Source: the human T2T-CHM13v2.0 reference genome, Homo sapiens | Reading direction: 5' to 3' (one strand) | Assembly: GCF_009914755.1 (NCBI RefSeq) | Contig: NC_060938.1 | DNA length: 64,000 nt | Shown here: one piece after another, positions 51,493 through 64,000 of the stretch | How the letters are laid out: the number at the start of each line of letters is the position of its first letter | Position numbering within the stretch: position 1 is the stretch's first letter | Translations under genes and position numbers: made by a program | Notes under the pieces: generated by a model | Database searches by the model: none | What the model saw: only the letters and a program-made list of their open reading frames with translations | What the model was told of the DNA's origin: nothing

Positions 51493-52486
51493 TCTGTTGC
51501 TGTTCTTATTGTTGACTTCATCATCATTACCTTCTGGGGGCTCAGCCACCGGGGGATTTAAACAGTACATGTGATAGCCTCGGTCACAGTCATCGCAGAA
51601 GAGTAGCTGGTCCTGGTGGAACACAGAGTAAGCACAGAGGAGGAGAGATTCCATTATTCGGGGCCAATGTCTGGCCCCCGCTTACCCATCAGCCTTATTT
51701 CCACGTCGGTCTCACTGGATCCCCTTTCCAGGCCCCACTTGGAGTCCTCACTGTCCCCTGAACACGCCTGTGCTTTTCCCACAACTGGAGTTTCCCCCTC
51801 TACCTCCCAGCCTATATAAATCCTACCCCCATTTTAGGGTTCTCCTCAACTCGTACCTCCTCCAAGACGCCTTCTGTGACTAACACCTCACATCCAAATT
51901 TAAAGGGATCCCTTATTCTTCTGAACTTCCAAAGCCAATAGCTCTGCTTCCAAAGGGCAGAAAATGTCTCTATTCTCCATGACTTTATATATTTGAAGAT
52001 CTTAATTGAATTCTTCTGGACTCCACTCTCTCCATCTGTGAAATGGCCAACAGCTGTACTGGGATGAACCTCAGAACCTCTTCAGGGTTTCATTAGAATG
52101 TAGAAAAATGCAAGTAGCGCCATCCCTCGGCTTCCAGAAGCTTCCTCACTGTCTGGAGGCTGGAGCCCGGGTGAGAGCAGGGCACCCCAGGGTTGTGGTT
52201 AACTTCAAAGGACACAGGCCATATCTTTGCACCTATGGCTACTTCTGCCTGGAGGCTCTCCCAGGCCCTGACCCTTTCTCTGCATGTCCATTCCCTGCCT
52301 GCCCTTCAAGTACGTCTTCTTCAAGCACTTCTTTTCCACAAAGTCTTTGCTAATCTACCTCAACTGGAAGTTGTCTCTTCCCTCGTGCAGCCCTGTGGTA
52401 CTTTCCCTTTCTGTGACATTTAAATGCATTTTCCTTTACGTTACATGCCTGGCATGTGGTAGACATCTAATCACGTTTGTTTTCTT

Positions 52487-52846
<360 letters not shown>

Positions 52847-53119
52847 TTATCCCCTTTATGGACTATAAAGCCCTTGGGGGCAAAATCTTGTTTTCCTCAT
52901 CACTGCATCCACTGTAGAGACTTCCTTGCATACAGGAGCTGCTCGGAAACTGTTTGTGATCTGGCCCCACCCCCTAGTTTCAGCTCTGTTCTATTTGGTG
53001 ATTGTTGAAACTGTTTGGATGGCTTATGAGCCTTTTTCAAAATAAAGTTTTATATCAAATCTCACCTTGGCCCCCACCAGTGCAGAAATCCTGGATAAAA
53101 TTAGATATAGCTGTTGGAA

Positions 53120-53990
53120 TCCCCAGGGAGCAAGCAATGAGGGCTTTTTTTGTCATGCTAAAACCCGTCAGTGGGGCAACAGGAAAGCTTTTGAAGAGTT
53201 ATCAACAGGGGAGTGATACGATCAGATTGCAGTTTAGAAAGATCTTACTAGCTGCTATGTAAGAGTAGATACCCAGTGGGGGAGAGGTTCATTCAAGAGG
53301 CCCGGGGACCAGTTAGGAAGCTGCTATAGCTATCCAGGTGCGTGATGATGGTGGCCTGAATTACAATTGCGGCATGGAGAAAGAAATGGGTCTTGCTCCC
53401 ATTTAAGCATCATTGATTAGATGGGGAGAGTGATAGGGAAGAAGCCAAGGATGCCGTCTGGGTTGTGGCTTGGTCAGCAAGCCAGATGATACAGCCCCCC
53501 AATGGGACATGGGAGGAAGAGCAGACTCATGGGAGGGAGAGGGCAACCTCAGCTATAGACATGTTCTACAGATAGGGATGACCTGGAGGCTGTTGAAGAG
53601 AGCAGGAGAGAAGTCTGGGCCTGAGATATGGACTTGGGATTCATTGTAATTAGATGGCAAGTGAAGGTCCTAGGAGAGGAAGCCCAGAATGTGTGAGAGC
53701 AAATGTCTTTGACCTTGTCTTCATGGAGAAGTGTCCATGAACCCCTTGAAATGATACACACAATTTTGTACATAGGTAGAAATGTACATTTTTCTATGGA
53801 AAGAGTAAGTCCGTAGCTTTCATTGAATTCTCTGAAAGATCAAGGACCCAAAAGAGTTTACTGAGAAGAAGGCCAAGAGTTTACTGAGAAGAAGTACACT
53901 TGGGGTACTCCAACTTTACAGGACAGGCAGAGAAAAAAAGACTGAAAAGGAACAGTCAGAGAGGTGGGATGAAGACGAGCACACTGTAGT
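53120..53990 (-). mobile_element. L2 fragment with a nested MER103C-like insertion (about 53720-53860)
   Basis: gaccagttaggaagctgctatagctatccaggtg, gtctgggcctgagatatggacttggga; aaccccttgaaat...tccgtagctttcattgaattctc. Confidence 0.7.
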
Positions 53991-54549
53991 TTACGCCAAA
54001 ACAGTTACATCATTATTGCAGAGCCAGCATAAGCTACAGGACAATTTGATTTAGGGATAATACAAGGAGAAACAAGTTAGGATGGAGACAGAAAACAGAC
54101 AGGACTTGTCAGAAACAGTGTTATTAATGCCTTAAAAACAGTAATAACCCCTACTACAGCAGTGACATGGGAAATACAAATAGGTAGAATATCCTGGATT
54201 ACAATTTCCCAAAGGAAAACTAGGCATCTGAGAGTTTAAGTGCATTTTGCATGGGTTGACCACTGTCTAGCACCATATTCTCTTCTCTTCCACCACCAAG
54301 AGCCCCCAGCTTATGCTAACTCTCATGACAAACACAATTTTAGTACCTCTCACTACCAACTATCCAGGAACCAGGAATCACCTATTACTACAGTTCCAGC
54401 AGAATGGGAATCCCATTCTCGGATATCCAGGGTAAATCCCTGACCATGTGAGAGGAATCCTAGTGCCCCAACAACCTCACCCCCTGACTCCTCCTCAAAG
54501 GCTCTGCCAAGTCAACAAAAAAATCCTCTACATTTACACTATCTGTAAA

Positions 54550-55755
54550 GCCAAAGACCAGCGTCAACCTAAATGTCCATCAATAAGGGAATGGTTGGAT
54601 AAGTAAAAATTATGCAGCTGTAGGAAGGAATGAAGAATGTCTATATATTCCTCCAGATTAATCTCTAAGATATTCAGAGAAAACAAGCAAGATGGAGAAA
54701 ACATATATACTTGTTACCATTTTTCATGGATTCATATATACACACACATGTTTACATTTAAACAAAATGGAAAGACAAATCATATTTTTTAGTGGTTGCC
54801 TATATGCAGAGTGAAGGAATAGTGTGGAAGAGGTAAGTAGAGAGCTACATTTCTTTGAATATAATGTTTCTTTATAAATTTGATTTTAGAACCAATAAAT
54901 ATTTTACACAGTCATAAAACAAAATTTAAATAGCAATATGTCCCTAAAAAAAACAAAAGAAAAATGAGGCAAATGAATTTGGTTATGTATCCAATTGGTA
55001 GCATAACCACACAGAGAGAAACTATTCCATCTGACTATAAAACAATTAATTTGACAATACATCCTTAGTAGGACATACCTTAAGGTCATACATAAATGCA
55101 GATCTGCATATATATGTGTGTGTGTGTGTAATGTTCAGCAATTATATTATTGGTTTAAATATTGGAATCAATATTCTGAGACTGCTTTATGTGCATCAAA
55201 TGAGTAATTATGTTGGTATTATTGAAGAGCAAGATTTTGTAACATGGTTGAAAGAAAATAGAAATGTAGGCCAATGAAGTTAAGTCAAAAGTCAGTAGTT
55301 GGTTCTAAGTATGAACTGGATGCATCAGTATAAATTCATGGTGTAGTGTATCTTTAAAACAAGCAAAAAATATTTTCTACCTCTGTCCACAGAAAGTGCT
55401 CCAAAACAATGACTAACAGCAAAATTAGCACCTCTAGCACCCATATTATGTTCTCTAAAGACCATTGCCCACTAAAAGGAATTAGGAGTCCTGGGAGAAA
55501 TAAGTGATTCCAGGTCTGGAGCATAAAATGTATAAATATATTTACATATTACAAAGTAAGGAAGCTATCAAATACTATTAGGATTATGTCAAAAGGACTC
55601 AGGATCCAACCTGAATATGTTACCACTGGTCAAAGATGGGACAATTTTACCTATAATGGATTATAACAAATAAAATATGTTTAAAATCTTAAGTTCATAA
55701 ACATATTTTTTAAAACCTTAGTCACCTTCAGAAGATGCTAGAGAAACATCACACT
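54550..55755 (+). mobile_element. L1ME/MC-type 3' fragments
   Basis: caacctaaatgtccatcaataaggga, ccactaaaaggaattagga, ggtcaaagatgggacaattt. Confidence 0.7.
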
Positions 55756-55759
55756 ATAT

Positions 55760-59960
<4,201 letters not shown>

Positions 59961-60985
59961 AACCACACTGTTTTTTTAAAACTGACAAAGGGAAAGAATC
60001 AAGCATTTTTTTCCTGCCATTTCTATATGATCTACACCTGAAGGTAACCAAATGAAAGATTGGGCAAGTTTATCTTCCTGGAATTACTCCAGCAATAAAC
60101 AAAAAAGAAATTATCCAATAAGAATATCACTATTTTGCAACCCCTAACAAAATAGTCAATCCAGTCAAAGGTCATCAATAGATGCTACCTTTACAAAAAG
60201 AGAAACATCAGGCATTATACATCCTGATGAAAGTGTACACCACCATCTATGAAGTAGTCTTGCCAAAAGAGAGAGAGAGAGAGAGAGATGGAGACAGAGT
60301 TGGTGAGAGGAGAGAGAGAGATAAAGACAGACACAGAAAAAGAGACAGACAATCTGAATCAAGCCTCTAGCCCTAACAATTGACAAGAAATTCAAGAGAC
60401 AGAGGAAAATGTCAGACAGCACAGAGATATACTCAGTCAAATACAGTCATGAGAACTTGAACAAATGATCTGATTTCTTCAACAAAGAATTTAAGGGAGG
60501 AAGAAAGAGAATAAGATGGAGGGAAAAGTCTATGTGTTATTTAAAGAAGCTATATGTAAGTTTATATGCACCTACAGATATTTAAATAAACTTCAAAGAC
60601 ATATCAACTAATTGCAATGTATGGGCCTTATTTGAATCCCAATTCAAATAAACAGGCTGTAATAGAAACATTTATGAGACAACTGAGGAAATATGAGACG
60701 ACTGGATGTTTGATTGTACTAAGGAATTATTGATTTTTTAGCTATGTAATATTTTGGTTATTTAGGTATAAAAGTAAGTCCTTATCCTTTTGAGATACAT
60801 ATGAAGTAGTTACAGGTAAAAATGATATTATGACGGAGACTATGGAGAGGGAGGTCATGGTATTTATGAAATAAGATTGGACGTGTACTGATCTTTGTCG
60901 AAGCTGGTGATGGTTTACATCAATTCTATTATTCTCTCTGCCTTTGTATATGTTTGAAATTGCCCATAATAAAAAATGTTCTTGA
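59961..60985 (+). mobile_element. L1MC-type 3' fragment containing a (GA)n repeat (about 60268-60350)
   Basis: caccatctatgaagtagtcttgccaaaa, gactggatgtttgattgtactaaggaattattg, tgtatatgtttgaaattgcccataataaaaa. Confidence 0.8.
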
Positions 60986-63269
60986 AAATTTTGCACTTAT
61001 TATATTTAACATTTAGACCAAATGAGATCATATACTGTGGAATGTGGTGGAAACAATCAAATACATCCCTGCCATAAGCAGTGTTGACCACTGTCAGTCT
61101 CTGAGCCCTCAAGGGCTAATGGCCAGGTTGCTCCCAAGTGCCAGGGTAACAGGCCCCAGGGGCCTAGTGACAAGAGTCCTTCCTTCCTCTTCACCCCTCA
61201 AAGGACCCCAGCTCTGTGGATTTCTCCCTCCCACAGGGAAAGCCCCAAACTCACATCATTCTCTGAGGTCCCACAGAGGATACAGGATTTGCACTCTATG
61301 CACTGCCACTTGTAGGTCTTGACAGCCTCGGTCATGTTCAGGGTAAACTGCAGGCAGGTTGGGTGACCTGGAGGAAGCCAGAAACAACAGCATTAGGGCC
61401 AAAGTATGAACTGCCACCCCTCAACACCACTCACTGGAAACACATTGATGCCCAGTGTGCAGGCAGGGCAGGGTAGCATGACGTAGGGAAAAAAATGGGG
61501 ACCCAAACAGGGCCCTACCCACATTCTTCACCACCCAGTTATTCAGATCAAGGGCAAAACAGAGATATAAGCACATCCAATTCTGCTTGCACTGAGACCA
61601 TATTCCCCAGCAGGTGTAACCAGTTGATGAAGATGGAAAACAATGATCAGAGAGAACGAGAGAGGAAACTGCAGAGTACACAGCCTGGGGCAGCACTATG
61701 AGAGACACCAGTGGGACCCTCCAAGCCCCAGCATCAGCTATGGCAGCACAACAGGTAAGAACTATTTGGAGCTGGGCCTTCTGATCCAACCAGTTATTCA
61801 CACTGCCTTAGGGTGCAAGGGAGGCTATCAGAAGGATTGTATGAGGTTTCCAGGGTCAGTGCTCAGGGATAGGATGAGGCATTGCACTGTTACCTAAAGT
61901 ATCCATGCCCACACTCATGAGACTAGCAAAAGTTCATATCCTGAACAGTACCACGGACTACAGAAGGAAGTGGCCTGGCAGGGATGGCAAAGAAATGGAG
62001 CATCAGAGCAAATGGCCAGGTCTATCCTAAAAGGACTGGTTCCCGGTTCTAACTCTTTTCTCCATCCCAAGTTTCATGGGAGCCAACCCAATCACAAGAT
62101 GAGAGAAGGGACATTAAGCTGTGACCTTCAAGCACAGCCCCCGTGAGCCATGCCCAAGACTTGGCCTGTGGAACTGGACTCTGTCCTCAGACCTAGGTCA
62201 CCTAAAAGAGAGATGCTTGCAGGGAGAGGACGGCCATGAACTGTAGAATGCAAAGACCCTTGGCCTTCTATGTGGCATGGAAGGATAACTTGGATGACAT
62301 TCCCAAGTCGCCCAGTACTGTGAAACAGATCAGAATCTGCCCAGAACACCCAGGGCAAAGCCAATTACTGACTCTGTCACAAAAAACATTGACAGCTTTG
62401 CCCAGTGCCGAGCACTCACCGTTCTCCAGAGCTTCCAGTTCTGCCAAACCCATTATATGGTGCCTTGTGTTGCCTCTTTCATTTGAAGGATTATATGCTT
62501 TAAAGAAGGATGCTAGAGACAGGGGACACCAATCATGGTTAGCACCGCCAACCTAGTATCCTCCACAGACAGGATCCCCCATGGCGCCACCACCCCTTGG
62601 CAAAGCCACATCTTAACAGGAGCCCCCATTTCCTCCCTTTCAAATCTTCAGAGAGCTGTTCACATCATGACCATTTGGATGAAATACTGTCTATTCAGCC
62701 AACATAAGGATCCTTCACATTTTGAGCTCCACAAATAGAAACCATGCTGAGTTATCTTGGAGAGGGCGAGGGGTGTAGAAATGACTTGTTGGTGGTGGGG
62801 AGGGGACACTCAGTGAATACAGGCAGAAGCAGCAAGGAGAGGCCTGATCTAAAAGCTTTTCAAGGACTTCTCAGGTACCATCCAACTTAGAGACTTCCGC
62901 AGCTCTGAACTAATAACCCTCTCAAGGTGATACCATCACAGTGGCCCCAAAGAAAAAGAAGCCTTACATTAAAAGCCTGTGTGAACAGCCAGCTGATATT
63001 CTTGAAAGCATCTCAAAGATTGGTCTAAGAAGAACATTAGCCAGGGTTACTCCCTATTCCAGTCTCTCAGAGAGAACACTGGGATGGGTACAGGGTAGGA
63101 AATATCTGTTTGGGACTCCATGTGGTATGACCACAGATGCCCAGTTTCTCTGACCAGGCACCACTGAGAGCATGAACATGAGGTCATGGAGCTGATGCTC
63201 ATATAGGCAAGTTGACTTTGGCCAGTTCTGTGCCACACCCCAGCCACACCCAGCCAGCTTAGGATAACT

Positions 63270-63835
63270 ATTCATTAACTTACGAAGTACTTATTGAGCA
63301 CCTACAAGGCAGGCCATTGTGCTAGACAGAAAAGACACAGTGGGGATGAGCAAGATACCTTGAGCCCTTCCAGCCTAGCCAAAGAGGCCTCAGATTAATC
63401 AGCTACACATGTATCTATCAACTACAATTGTATAATTAGTGCCATGAAGGAAAAGCATAATTGGCCGTAAAAACACATAGAAGAACCTAACCTAGACTGA
63501 GATGACAAGGAAACCTTCCCTGAGAAAGATCTTTAAGCTGATATGTGTCAGATGAGACGTTAGCTAGGTGGGAAGAGGAGGATTCCAAGTAAGGGGAACA
63601 GCATGGGTGGAGGCTTTGAGCAGTGAAGCAGCTTAGCAAATTACAAGGAAGAGAAAGGCCAGTGAGCAGAGGCTTGATGAGCAAAAGGAAAGGGGTAAGA
63701 GGTAGCTGCAGAGGTAGCTGGAGAAGGATTACAGGCATTTGCAGCCCTTATTTAAGAATCTGTTTTTTAAGTCATTAAAGGCTATTAAGCAAGGCAGTAA
63801 GTGGGTCACATTTTGTTTTTAAAGGAGCACTCTTT
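63270..63835 (-). mobile_element. L2 3' fragment
   Basis: ttattgagcacctac...aggccattgtgctag, ccttccctgagaaag, ggattccaagtaaggggaacagcatg. Confidence 0.8.
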
Positions 63836-63844
63836 AGCATGAGT

Positions 63845-64000
63845 GCTATTGGGATGAAGTGGTTCTGTATCTTGATTGTGGTGGTTACATATGTGATAAG
63901 ATTGCATAGAACTGTACATACACATACACATATGTATTTGTACATGTAAAACTAGTCACATCTGAATAAAGTCTATGATTGCATTAATATCAATTGCCTG
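63845..64000 (+). mobile_element. L1ME/MD 3' fragment running off the window
   Basis: ttctgtatcttgattgtggtggttacat...tgataagattgcatagaact...tctgaataaagtct. Confidence 0.7.

Overview
Primate genomic DNA, most likely human (AluS and AluY elements present). It looks intergenic or deep-intronic. I find no protein-coding exon, tRNA, rRNA, miRNA or CRISPR array, and I cannot name the locus. None of the ORFs in the track resembles a real protein; they are repeat-derived, low-complexity or chance ORFs. Roughly half of the window is interspersed repeat: 7 Alus, old L1M fragments (dense block at about 54.5-61 kb), L2, L3, MIR, MaLR/ERVL solo LTRs (several with clean target-site duplications) and DNA-transposon fossils. 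Subfamily names come from recalled consensus motifs, not a RepeatMasker run. The repeat-poor stretches (about 26-27.5, 30, 34.3-34.9, 37-47.5 and 49-50 kb) carry motif clusters typical of developmental and AP-1 enhancers. They also hold splice and poly(A) signals compatible with a minus-strand spliced lncRNA at about 40.6-45 kb. The sequence does not support a novel protein-based system. The best leads are that putative lncRNA/enhancer cluster, a palindromic POU site beside a 60-bp VNTR, and an unexplained 1.35-kb block at 7.6-8.95 kb.
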